Source of the DNA: Sphagnum compactum
Lineage: Eukaryota
Direction: 5' to 3'
Assembly (NCBI GenBank): GCA_965153455.1
Contig: OZ234494.1
Span: forward strand, 10,912,001 to 10,976,000
DNA length: 64,000 nt
Part shown: positions 51,414 through 64,000 of the stretch, piece by piece
Layout: every line of letters begins with the position of its first letter
Position numbering within the stretch: position 1 is the first letter of the stretch
Translations under genes and position numbers: made by a program
The notes under the pieces: model-generated
Seen by the model: the letters and a program-made list of their open reading frames with translations, nothing else
What the model was told of the DNA's origin: nothing
Databases searched by the model: none

Positions 51414-52283
51414 GGAACCTTTCATTAGTCTTTGACGAAAATCTAATTGTTGCGAAAAACGTCTCACAATTTTTCTTCTTTTATCTTTTCCTTTTATAAA
51501 ATATCCCAAATTTTTTACTTTTCTTTGACGAATATTAGTAACTCCGATAGCTATAACGTCGAATTTATCGTTTCTCAGTTCCGAAATCCATTGAGGTACT
51601 TCTTTATGAATTTCTTGAAGTTGGAATTTATTATGGAGGTATAGTGCCTTCACTAACAAAGATAAGATACTTCTCACTTGGGTTAAATTAGTCGAGAATA
51701 AATTCTTCCAAGAACGTTCAAGTGTTTGCCATTTTTCCCTTTCCAAATGATTAAAATAAAAAGTTCTTTGCTGAGCAGAAAGATTCGAAACGAGTTCCCA
51801 ATTCAAATGAGATGCTCTAGTTGTCTTTCTATTCAAAAAATTTGTATTGCCTATTTTGGAGGAGAAATGTGAATAGTTCTTCTGGTTATTTGAAGTTCGG
51901 GTCTTTATTCCTCCGAAAGACTCATTTTTGCAAATTAATTTCAAGTTTTCCATTCTTCGATCCTCGAATAAGCAAAACTAAAATACGACAAGCGACTTTA
52001 CTTAGGGGTTCCCACGGTGGGGGTATATTTCTACATCCAAATTTTTGCCATTGATCGAAAATTTGAAATTTGAGTTTACTATCTCCCTTTAATAAATGTA
52101 ATAATTTCCTTTTTTTTTCAGTTCATAAATCTCCTCCATCAAAAACTAAGGTGATTTTGATATCGCCATTTCCCCACGAAATGATCTATTTACGAAAGGA
52201 TCGTAAACCTTGGTTAAGGTATTCCCCTCATTAGTAGAAAGTCCAGTTCTTTTTTCTATAATATTTTTTATCGAAGCCTCGAT
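51414..52283 (-). pseudogene. ycf1: Nuclear plastid DNA insertion (NUPT): internal fragment of ycf1
   Basis: Minus-strand translation EKRTGLS...KVYDPFVNRSFRG...KSP*...PWEPL...LQEIHKEVPQW...IRQRKVKNLGYFIKGKDKRRKIVRRFSQQLDFRQRLMKGS matches the conserved ycf1 segment (RRFSQQSDFRR..+KGSMRARRRK). Intronless, with one stop at 52146-52148 and frameshifts. Confidence 0.88.
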
Positions 52284-55200
52284 TCTATTCCCTAACCCTA
52301 GTTTGATGAATTAAAGACGAATTGATTTCCAAAGGTATCTTTTTGTCAAAGCTGCCAGTATAGGAGGCAACTGCTAGAAATAAGGTCCAAACAGAATTGT
52401 CGTGTAGCACAATGCGAGGTCGACCTGGATTATTTGTGTTTTGTGCTTTATTATTTAGGAAATAAAAACCTGACAAACATACCATTTGTTTAATGTAAAA
52501 AAAAAACCGACATCACTTACTTGACTTTAAGGTATGTTGAAAAGGAGAGGAAAAAGACTAAAAAAATAGTAATAATGATCTTATGCTAATAAAACAAATT
52601 ATTATACGGAAAAAAGTCCAAGAGATTGAAAAAAGCCTCCATATATTCTTTTATTTCATTGTAGTGGCTTGACAAGTCGACAATGGCGACAACTCAAAAA
52701 CATATTATGTACTTTTCAAGGTAGAACTTTGTTTAAACCGAATTGCAGATGAAAACTACCATATAAAAAAAAGCAAGGTGGTTTTATTGCACAGTTGCTT
52801 TTAACGTAAGTCCCACTTGTATCTTGTACTTAATTAGAAAAACACCAGACAATACATGGTCACAATTGTTACCTTTAGCTTTCTACAAGCAAAATCTAGT
52901 TTTATTATACGGACAACTCCAATCTACTTTAGTCAATCATATGGATATAAAAAGAGCTATTGATTTAGAAACAATATCAGTATTTCAACAACTTTTTGAG
53001 CTTATCTTTTACTTGTATAATTCTTTATGTTTTTGTTTAAATCAGCCAATACAAGCAGAGTAATCTATCAACAAAAATGGCTGATGATGTCCGAGCATGG
53101 GCGCAATGTGGCCTTATTCTTTTATGTTTGATTTGCTATAGGACAAGAGACGGAAGGATCTAATAGGGTGACTTAGTCATTAAAGGATAACCACCTAGTA
53201 ACTAAAGGGCCCACTTTGCTAATTAAGGCCACAAGCTTAATCAACAGAGCTGGGGCACTTTTTAGCAAAGCTTTTTTTTCCCATTTGGAAAATCACAACA
53301 AAAATTGGAAAATTCCTACAAATTTTTTTTTGCTACGAAAAGCAACACTCCCGAAAATTGTCAAGATTTAAGCTAATAGATGATTGTTCTTCTGGCGAAT
53401 AACATTTGGATAGTGATTTGTTGGACTTGTTAGTACATAAATTCAGCAAGTGTCTAGCCAATATAATTGAACCAATGCATGCTCAGATTATTGGGGACCT
53501 TCAAGCTAACAAACAAGTCATACATTGTCTCATATTCCAACACAAAAACAATGTGTGTGACTTGCAACGTGCTTTTGAACAAGAAACAAAGTCATTCAAA
53601 CTTCAATGATGTGTTGTGACAGATAAAATGGATTTTAATACAAAGGCCTCCAACATAATTCTTGTCATCTTTTAAAAGAAAGTAATTTTTCAACAAAATG
53701 TTTGTTTTTAACACACATTTTTTGATTAATCACATGTCTAGGGATATTCATAAGTTGGTGTTTTTAATATTTACTATTAAAAGCATAGGGGATAATTATA
53801 GGATTTATGGTTTGATAATTGTTAAAACTACAAATAAAATCACTAGTATTAAATTATGGGCTCTTAAACGCCACTTTTGAGCCACCTAACCATGTTTTTG
53901 CCCTTTCAGTTTTAATTTTTTTCCTTTGTTTGATAGAACCTCCAACGCAGTTCTAAAAACCAATTTTTATTTTTATAAAACTTTTTATTTTAAAGATTTC
54001 CTTCAAATTTTGGAATTTGGTCTAATTTAAAATTGGGTTTAGGTCCATTGACCTTCCACACAAATTTAAAAACTAAAACATTTGGGTAATGTTACTTTTG
54101 TCCAATAGGAGCATAGAACCCAAGTAGAAAGATTATGTACTATTCATCGATCATAACCAATTGAAATTAATAATTTCGCCTTCAAAAAGTGTGGTTTGAT
54201 TTTTCCCTTTCAAGAAAACCCTATACTTTTATAATTAAAGAACATTGACTTGCTTAAAATGGGATGTTCCAATTTCAAGAAGAAGGTTATAAGGTTTTGA
54301 TCCCATTTTGGTTTGAACCTTAGGTCTAGGTACCTTACAACTTGACTTAAAACCAAGTATAGAACTTGCCAACATTGGTTTGGATTCAAGGTGTCTTCAT
54401 TCGGGATCTCTTGAGTTGCTTAAAGTGATTTGAAAGGGATTGTGAGGAATGATAAGGATGGTGCAAGAAGGTTAGGTGGGTGATGAATAAGGTGATGGGG
54501 ATGATAAGGCAGATGTTGGGTAGGATGCTATGGATGGGTAGGAACTAGGAACATGGGCAAAAGGAACGATTAGAGGGATGGAAAAGATGACAAATAATGA
54601 TAATCAACCCCCCAAAAAAATTATGATGAACAAATTAAGACACCGATGGGCATGATGATAAGGGAATAAATCAAGATGTCATAGACATTGGCAAGCACAA
54701 CAAACTTATGCTTAAAATTATGACTTGTTTAGATGAATGTTTATATTTCTTTTTGGCCTCATGTCTAGTAATTTGTTGTCATCCTTATAATTGATAGGTT
54801 GAGGGTGAAATAAAGAATGAATGAAAAAAAGATCATGGCCTAAATCCAAGTTAGAGTCCACTTCTCCATCTTGACAAAGAATTTTTTTTCATTCTCCATC
54901 ATTTTCCTACTTTCACTTTGAACACCATTGCATGAACATTAATAGAAGTCTTCTTTCCATTTATCTCTTGTTCCCACTTTTTTGCATTTCATGAAAACAA
55001 ATAATCAGAAATTTAAGAAATAAGAAACCAATTTTTTTTTATAGATTTTCTCCATCATTATCCTTGTACTTTCACTTTTTTCATCATAATTTCCAAGAAA
55101 CAAGAAAAATAACTAACAAATCACAAATTTTGTCCATTTCTTTCCTATTCCTATTTTTAAAAATCACAATTCAAAAAAAACACACACAAACATACACACA

Positions 55201-56112
55201 CATAAATACACATTTGATGAAATGCTCAATATTTTTTCTAAGTTTTTCGATCTTTCATGTGTGACAAAATGCTCAAGCATTTTCATATTCCCATTCGATG
55301 AAATGCTCAAGTTATTTTGAAAACTTATTTTAATTCTTGTAAAAAGATTTCCACCAAAAGTTCATTGTCCATTGCTATCATCCCAAAATGCTCCCACACA
55401 AAAATACTTCACCTTACAATACTAAAGTTGTTCCCTCTTCACAAAATTGCTCCCTTCTCACTCATTTATTGTTGATTCTTTGTGCAACCCTTCAACCTTT
55501 CTTCCAAAAAAAAGACATACAAAAACAATTGCTCCAATGCCAAACCCTATTTTGCAAGATACTCAAAATGAAATTTGTTTGAACTTAGTTTTCTTACCTT
55601 TGTAAACCTTTAGTCATGCATTTTGGCATTTCACCTTGTTTTGATAAAATTGACCCATTTTGCAATAGGTTGTGATCTTTTACATATAATTTTAATGTAT
55701 ATGATGAATTCAAAAAAAATAAAAAGAAAACATCATCAGAGGGGTTGGGAAAAATGCTTGTGGTTTTGATTTTATAGATTTATGAATAATAATAATCTAT
55801 AGTTCTAGGGTTCTGAAAAAATTCAAAGAAGTAGCAAGTTTCTATATCCTTTTAATTAACATGTATTTCAAAAACATATTATACAAACATATAATTGGTT
55901 AAATTTGATTCTTTGATTCTTGAGAACCATTAATTGAATGCCATAATTAGTGTTGGGTGGTTATTTGATTTTGTTATAACCTTTAGTTTGGGATTTAAAG
56001 AATTCAAAATCAAATAAGTACTACTTCACATTTCTAAAAATTTCAAAATAAAATAACTACTAGATTATGTTTTATAAAATTTCAAAGAATTGAACAATTT
56101 GTTGAAAGATCT

Positions 56113-57303
56113 CACAATGTCAAAATGTGTCTTTCATGACTTGGACATTTACGACTAATGTCCTAATCTAGTCATGTAATCATATGTCTTTAATCAAATA
56201 TTTTTATTTAAATTTGTGACTACATTGCAATTGCATTATGACTACATGACTAGATTAGGATTATTTTGTGACGACATGACTAGCCTACATACATTAATAA
56301 CCTACCTATGTTAGTAGTTTAACTAAGTGCTAGCTACCTACTAGCTATTTACAAGCTACCTATAAAGTAACTAGTACTTGTGTGCTACTACTACCTATTA
56401 TAGGTTGTACATACCTACTTAATTACCTATTATGTAAGTTTACTACTAGGTACTTACCTACCTACCTATTTATCTACCTATTAGGTAGGTCATACATACC
56501 TACCTAATTATCTATTATTTATAACTAAGTACCTACCTACCTACCTACCTACATACTAGATAGGTAACACGTATATGTACTTATTACTAGGCACCTACCT
56601 ATTTAATTACTTACCTACAACCTATTTACTATTACTTCTAGGTACTACTTACTTATTATCTACCAAGCTAGGTACCTACTAAGTTATTATGTAGGTTCTA
56701 AATTGATAGATAAATATTTCTTGGTACCTAACTTATAAAGTAGGTTAGAAAGAAATGTTTATAACAATATGGTGACAATTTTTGTCATGTAAAAATCATG
56801 TGGTGCAATGGTTAAGTGGGGGTTAAGGACTTCTTCCCTCATTGTGGAGGTGATGGGTTCAAGTCTTCATAGTTGTAACTTAATGAACAAACCTAATTAG
56901 CTTAAAATGCCAAAATGAACAAACCCTAAACCCTAGGCTAGCTAAGTTAGCCTACATTCCTAGGTAGGCTAGGGTTTACATTCTTAACATATAGGCTGGG
57001 TTTTTAGCCTTTATTACATGCCACGTGTTTACATGGCATGGGTGGTGAACATATTTATTTCATATTTGATGAATTATATTCAATGACCATAATTTATGGA
57101 TCTCATCAAGCACTAATGACCTCCATGACTTTATAGTCACAAAAGTCATAATTGCAAATTGTTTTGCAACTGAGCCACACCAGTGACTAGGTGTCCTAAA
57201 TGATGTGTTTTATTTGACTACATAATTATGTAGTCATAGATGTCTTCCATGACTAACAATTTAGTCATAAATCAAGTTGCAAAAGACAATTTTTCTTGTA
57301 GTG
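56113..57303. mobile_element. Non-autonomous CACTA element with (CCTA)n-rich tract and tRNA-like cassette
   Basis: Right end ttttcttgtagtg is the reverse complement of CACTACAAGAAAA. Degenerate left end cacaatgtcaaaa. Subterminal atgacta/tagtcat repeats. Flanks are tct/ttt. Confidence 0.7.
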
Positions 57304-60300
57304 TTTAGAGAAGAATCAATAGTTCAATTGCTAATATTTTGTTAAAAAAAAACCTATGGTTTCAATTGAGTCAAAACCAATTTTTTGATTTTTCAGAATT
57401 GCCATTCAATCATTATGAAGAAATATAAAAAAATTCATTAAACATTTCATTCATTTTGTACTAAGAAAATTTATATAAAAAATTTGTAAATTTTGAAACT
57501 ATGAACAACAAGTTAACATTCTAGTGAACTAGGAAGTAGAGTCTAGACTAGTAAATTATTGATGAGGTCATAGAGGTACATGGTTTGTACACATGGACAT
57601 TGCTTACATGTGGAATGCTTTTCATTTTCATTTTATGATCAATTATTACAATTTTTTTTATCAAATTTAATTTTTTTTCATAATAGTATGCCAATAATAT
57701 TTGAAAAACATACTTAGATTTTAAAATTCAAAATTTTTATTTTTAAAAAATGTCAATTCAACCATGTAATCAATAATACATTTGAATAGCTACTAATTAC
57801 CTTTAAAATACATTGGTTGCCATATTTCTAAAAAAATTGTATGCCACTTCCATACAAATGGTATACATTATGGGGGAGAATGTTCAAAATACCATGTACA
57901 ATAGGCCAACAATTTAACATATCATGTTTATTTTGAATTATTTGAAAATTCAAACTTTGGCATGCTTTCTTTCTTAAAATTTAAAATTTAATTCATAAAC
58001 ATAAATGTAATTTTTAGGTTTTCAAACCATTCTAGAATTACTTACTATTCATTCAAGAATTGTTTTTGCTTGAATTGATATACAATCTTTTAACTTAGGT
58101 GATTCAATTTAATGTGGGTTGAAAGGCTTCTTAGGAACTTTGGCAACGATTATTTTGTTTGCAAAATTTATTCATTAATTAAAGTTTATGATTAAAATAA
58201 TAGAATTCCTCACCTTTTATACCATTTATTGCAACTGATTAATGAAACAAGATGAATAAAAAATGCCATTTGCATATTCAAACATCATGGATTCTTATTT
58301 GTTTCCAAATTTAACATAAAGTAAAATTATTTTTTCATTGATTACATGTAGTGGGATGTGTGTGCATGTAATTGGACTGTGCAATATATATAATGAGACA
58401 ATGTGCATGTATTGTTATAACTTATGAACACATGAAATCTTATATAATCATTTTTGGTGAAATAAAATGGTGAAATGCACTTAAATGTTTGTTGTAATGA
58501 AAGTTCCATATACTTGACCCTTATTTACCAGTTCAATCATTGAAAAAAACCAACTACAACACACTTGTTATAATTATCTTTTTGATTATTTTGAATAGAT
58601 CATTGGTCAAGGGTCCATATGAGTGTTGGCTAGTTATTGATTTTTGATCCAACAATAAAAGTTAGAATTTCTTTTAAAAGATTGGTGACTAAAAAACTCC
58701 ATAAAACACTGATTTTTCACCAATTTTGAAATAGTGTTGTGAATTGGTTAAATTTACCCAAAGAAAAAAATACTGCCTTTGTAGTCAACATAAGTTTATC
58801 TGCTAATTTTCAATGTACTCATTTGTTGTGACAATCCATGATTCACGGGAACATCAAAGATTCAAAGTGGACAATGCAAGAACTCTTATACAAATCAGGA
58901 ACAGATTTGGGAACTCTAGAATAAGAACTTGTTCTTAAGCAAGACTCACACCTGATGTTAGGTTATTTCTGTTAAAATAGGCTATCATTAACATAGCCAT
59001 TACACTTTTTATATTTTAGCACATAGTGTTAGTAATGATGAAACTTTAGTGACCAAGAAGATTTGTGCATTAACACTTAAGGACATTGCTCTGTGCCACA
59101 TCCTATTTTGCTACCCTAACATCATAGAACATTCACACCAGAGGTACCCTAAAGGCCGGTAACAGTGTTGTCTTTTCTTTCAATCTATATGGAGAGTAAT
59201 GGGGAAGGAGGTAGGATCTGAACCTGCCCATCTTGTATGTGCTAGTTAACATTGAGTTCAATGATCATTTTTGGCCTTGTTACCTAACATTGAAAAAAAT
59301 GTCTAAAATCTAGGTTATAGGCCAGATTGAATGTTAGTTATCATCAACATTAACATCAAACAAACACCACTTGCTACCTAGGATGCCACATCATTTACAA
59401 TGCTAGCTAACAATTCACATGTGAATGCACCTAAAAATCAAGAAAACTTAACACTGACTTACTATTGATCTAACACCAACACCAGGTGTGGATCATGCTT
59501 TAGAAACCCACTTGCAACCTTCCAGGGGAAGGTGAGAAGGTGTCGTTACATATTCCCTTTATTCCCATCTAGCGTTGGTGGTGGGGTATCCCATATCTGA
59601 TTTCCTAAAAAAAGGACAAAAGGAAAACTTCAGTCCCCACGCTAGCAAGCACGCACTCTTCGTGAACTCATGCTTGCATCACCCAAGTTTTTTCCTTGGA
59701 CGAGCTTGTAACTTGTAAGTCCTTCGCTAGGGTGCCTAGGATCATTACCCTTCCTTTCTCAAATTCCAAAATGTTACATTCAAACTTCAAAGGCACATGC
59801 ACAGACTCATTCTGGATCAATTTCCAGAATTATGGGCTGACGTTGCTGATCCTTCAGGTACGTCTCTATCTTTTCCCAGATTCTTTGTCCACCACTAAAT
59901 GTTTGTGTGGGTGCCTGGGATGCAGGAATTTTTGTTTCAATTTAGTGAGTTTGAGAAATTTTCTCCAAAAAGAAAATTTATTCGAAATTAAACTTTAAAA
60001 AAACAAAATTGTCCAGAATTTTCTTTAAAAAATCGCTGGGTTTCCTAAACGTACCCAGAAAAAAAGCCAGGTGGGATCAGGGTTCTTTTTTCAATTTTCT
60101 GATATTAAAAATCTGGCGAATTAGCAAAAGTCGTCGAGTTTGCTGTAGAATATTTTTTAAAAAATCAAATTTGGGTGAGACCAGTCACCAAACAAACATG
60201 TACAGAGAATCTTGTTTCCAAATCTTTCAATTAATAAACTTCTTACAGTGGCCACTGCCAAGGTATGACATGGACTAGTCTATGTAGCACTCTGGAACTG

Positions 60301-62363
60301 CGTTGAAATTTGACGTGGACTTTTTACAGGTTAGCCTAAAGCTAACGGAGGAAAAAGTATAAGAAAAGTTCTCCTTGATTACTTTGAGGGGGTTGCGAGG
60401 GCAGTTTTGTCCATGCTTCTACTTTGGCCGTGAATCCTGGCTTTGACTGAGTTAATACTAGCTTTGACACAATTGACACCTTCAACTGCAATCCTAAATT
60501 TTTGTTGAAGTTTTGGGCTCAAACTCAAGGAACTTGTTTTTTCAACTTCTTCAGGTGGGCCGAGAGAGAGACTTATAATTTTTACGACTTTTCTCAATTA
60601 TTTATTCGTTAGATGTGTTAGGATATTATTATTTATTAACTGATATATAGTAAGAAAGTCCGTGACTGGAAACTTGTCAAGAGCTCTGGACAGTTGTGTA
60701 TTAATGCTCCTGCCACGCTATTTTCAAAACTATTTAATCCACGCTGTTTCTACTTACTTTTCTACCACTGACGGCATAGTCTTTCTCTGCTAAAAATAGT
60801 CCGACGGCTGTGGACTTTTCCCCTAAATCTCAGTGGGGTTTTAAGTCTTTGACAAAAGAAAATTTTCTTTAGGGACTGTGGATGTGGCTTTAAACAAAAG
60901 CAACAGCAATCTAATAATTTATATAGATAATTTATCGACATATTTTTTCACTTCCAGAAAAAATATAGGGATTTTTTTTGGGGGGGGGGGGGGGGGGGTG
61001 AAGTGTGTTTTCTAGTGTGAATCTGATTAGTTTTGCTATTTTTTTGGAAAAATTCGCCAAATGTTTCATATCATGCAATATTTTTGAAAAAAAGCCTTGT
61101 CTGTGACATCCTAGTACTTTTATTTTGAATCAATACTGGCAAATTCTTTCTTACATGTTGAAAGCTGGAACTACAAAGTTGTAAATTAGTTTACTAAAAT
61201 AGAATTTACAAAATTTCTCAAAAGATCAAAATAAAAAAGTTACCGTAACTTTTGATGCTGGTTCACTCACGGCGTTCCTCAGTACTCCAGGAAACAGTAT
61301 AAAAAGTTCACAACTGTGAATACAGACTTGAACATGACCGGGAAGGAATTTATTTGCGCCGGAATCTCCTGTACACGGCAAGTTGACCAGATCCTCAATC
61401 GCTGACCAGCGCCTAATCCCTAACGCGAAAAACAAACCCCTTTTGACAAAGACTTAAAGAGCTCGGTTTGCGAACTGCAAAGCGGTAAGTTTACACACAA
61501 ATTGATCAGTCGTTGTGGAAGAGTCCTTTGAACTTGCCTAGGAGAAAGTTCTCACGACTGCCGCCTCTGGACAGTGCTCGACAGCTGCCACAGATACATA
61601 ACGCTAGGATTGAAGAAGCCTTTATATGCAGCCTGGTTGCAGATCATTCAGTAGAGAGACAACAGAGTAGATCATAGGACGGGAAGTACTAGCACCCTCA
61701 ATTTCTTCATTGGCGCAGATCTTGAACCGAGATTTATAACAAAGAAGGGAAAAAGATCTGGTCTTGGCGGAAGAATCAGTGCGAGCTGGTGGCATGCTTG
61801 ATGACGATCTCAAGGAGGGACAGATTTCCAGAGTTTAGGTGGCAGCGGGCTGGATAGATGCTGTAATTGTTAAGATTGATTGAAACCTAGAGGTTCCAAA
61901 TTCGAATCAGTCGACTGTAGAGGCGAGATTTGAGTTGACCACGTAGCACTCTAGATAATTTCAGATAAGCAAGACGTACCTCAATCAGCAGGGCATCGAG
62001 TTGGAAGGTGCTAGTCGGAGTAGTACTCTTTACAGTCGAAAATCCAAGTGCCACTGCCTCTAGTGCACTCCGCGTACACAATTTCTGAACAGTTATTGGG
62101 CTTTTCTGAGTTCCCGACTTACTTGCTATCTAGTGCTGCCAAAGGCTCACTCGTCCACTCAAGGTCACTTCGATACCTTACTCGAGGTCACTTCACTAGT
62201 TCATTCGAGGTCACTAGACATAGAACTCTGAAATTTTTCTCGAGACCACTTGACTTATAGTTCACGCAACTCAGTAGAGATAGAATTTTCTTGTGCTTTC
62301 TGGCTGCAAGAGACTGGATAGCAGAGGCACATTGTCTAAAAGAACGCCGCCGCAACCAAAATC

Positions 62364-64000
62364 ATGGATAGTGTGCGGCTCTCCAAATTGGAGCCACAAC
62401 AATCTGAAGACTCATCGCCGATGCCAGGGTTTCGCTTTCATCCCACCGATGAAGAGCTAGTCGCATACTATTTACCGCGGCAACTACGCCGGAAGAGGCT
62501 TCCTGTGGCGGTCATAACACAGCTCGACATCTACAAATACGACCCCTGGGATCTTCCAAGTATGTATTTCGCAGTTCTCGACTCCATCCAGAACTTAGTT
62601 GCAACAGTGAGGCAATTCTAGTTAGTGTGCTTGAAATCTCAATTCTGGTTTTGACTGAGCACTTCATTGAATCTACACCTAAACCGTTGTCGAGAGTTGA
62701 GGATCAACGTTTTCCTTTCAACTTTGTTAGTGAATCAGCCCGTTTTACAAGACAAAGAAAAGACATGAAACACTGGAAACCAGTGCGGGCAGGTCATTGA
62801 AGTTCATGGTTGTGCATCATATTCAGACATAGTAATCTTCGCTGCTCTTTAATAGCACACGCTTCGGATCTGAAAGAATATTCTTGACTAAGCAGATGCT
62901 TTAGATTCCAAGTAGGATAATTGACCAGCTTGTTCTAGGATGTTGAGTCTGTCTCTTGGAGTTGGTCGTAATCTAAGAATTACTTGGTTCATCTTTTTCG
63001 TGCCCAGAGTTGGCAACCGTGGGTGAGAAAGAGTGGTTCTTTTTCTGCCCAAGAGACAGAAAATATCGCAACAGTTTAAGGCCCAACCGTGTCACGGATT
63101 CGGGGTTTTGGAAAGCAACAGGCACGGACCGACCTATATATTCGACCGAGGGTGCCAAATGCATAGGGTTGAAGAAATCACTCGTCTTCTACAAAGGGCG
63201 AGCAGCGAAAGGCGTCAAAACTGACTGGATGATGCACGAATTTAGGTTACCTGCCTCTACCACAGATGCAGCTCATACGCTAACCCAAAATGTTGACAAT
63301 GCCATCAATGATGTTCAACTCCAACAGGTATGCATATGTTGCTCTATGACATCACCATTCTTTTTACCTGCTAGTACATCTCCTGCAGCAGATGTCCCTC
63401 TGTCCGAGGTGATGCATTTTCACTTTGCAGAGGTAATTGTGCTCTTTGTACAGTTCTGGTAGCACTAGCACAAAATGCATAGCAGTTTACTAGGGCGAAA
63501 ACATTTCTGACTCAAACATCACAAAACTTCATCTCAATCGCATAAAAAGTCGAGATTGTACTGGAGACGCAGGGTATCCCAGTACCTCTCCAGCGAGTAG
63601 AGCGTCCGAGGGTACATTGTTTCCGCGATTGATTGAGGTAGATACTGTTGCAAGATGAATCAACGATGCCAGCGCGGCCGTGATCAAAACAAGCTCCTCA
63701 CTTGGTATAGGGTTTTGTTGAATTTGCAGGATGGTTGGGCCGTCTGTCGAATATTTAAGAAGACTAAAATGTCGCAGAAGCATAAGCAAATTGGGACCGG
63801 AACAAGTCACGAGTTGGCGAGCGGCACCGTAGACCAACCTCAGGAATCGCTGGGTGTCCAATCCCAATATTTGTCAGTTGAAAGCAAGGATCAAGACTCC
63901 GACTCGGTTGGCGACGATCCCGAAGCCAGTGACGATATGATAAGCGATTTCAATTCCGAGGGTACGTCGCCAGCCGAGACCGTCAAGGACTTACCTCCTG
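62364..64000 (+). CDS. NAC transcription factor, FEZ-like subgroup; exons 62364-62559, 63008-63327, 63730->64000 (3'-truncated by the window)
   Basis: [98 protein letters not shown], then [11 protein letters not shown] (subdomain E). Introns are GT-AG and in phase. Confidence 0.93.

Noticed and set aside
51345..51953. 202-aa ORF as a functional nuclear gene
   Set aside because: It is an internal ycf1 fragment running through the junction into hAT sequence, with an upstream stop and frameshift and no transit peptide.
59625..59700. Possible miRNA precursor (cttcagtcc plus a gcaagca/tgcttgc stem)
   Set aside because: The stem is only about 7 bp, and no complementary ggactgaag arm lies nearby.
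63421..63440. tttgcag-AG-gtaatt in NAC intron 2 as a micro-exon
   Set aside because: A 2-nt exon would shift the frame before subdomain E, and the direct 63327-63730 splice already gives the canonical protein.

Overview
Eukaryotic nuclear DNA from a land plant, probably a moss. Sphagnum is my inference from the repeat content and the bryophyte-type ycf1 insert, not something proven here. The gene-rich block (1-22 kb) holds the 3' part of a glyoxal oxidase/GLOX copper-radical oxidase (+), a complete 20-exon plastid HSP90 (HSP90-5/HSP90C, -) with one probable GC-AG intron, a small two-exon gene missed by the ORF track (83 aa, +), and a 7-exon BTB/POZ-NPH3 (NRL) gene (-). About 24-61 kb is an AT-rich transposon graveyard. 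It contains a Copia RT remnant, three non-autonomous CACTA elements (two carrying tRNA-like cassettes), and a multi-exon pseudogene of unidentified family. It also contains a decayed hAT transposase with a four-level nested insertion in one intron. The transposase is cut at its 5' end by a plastid ycf1 insertion (NUPT) joined to about 0.9 kb of intronless AT-rich DNA of unknown origin. The window ends inside a FEZ-like NAC transcription factor gene (+). I found no convincing new multi-gene system. The best leads are the small unannotated gene, the composite NUPT/unknown insertion, the unidentified pseudogene and the tRNA-like cassettes in CACTA elements.
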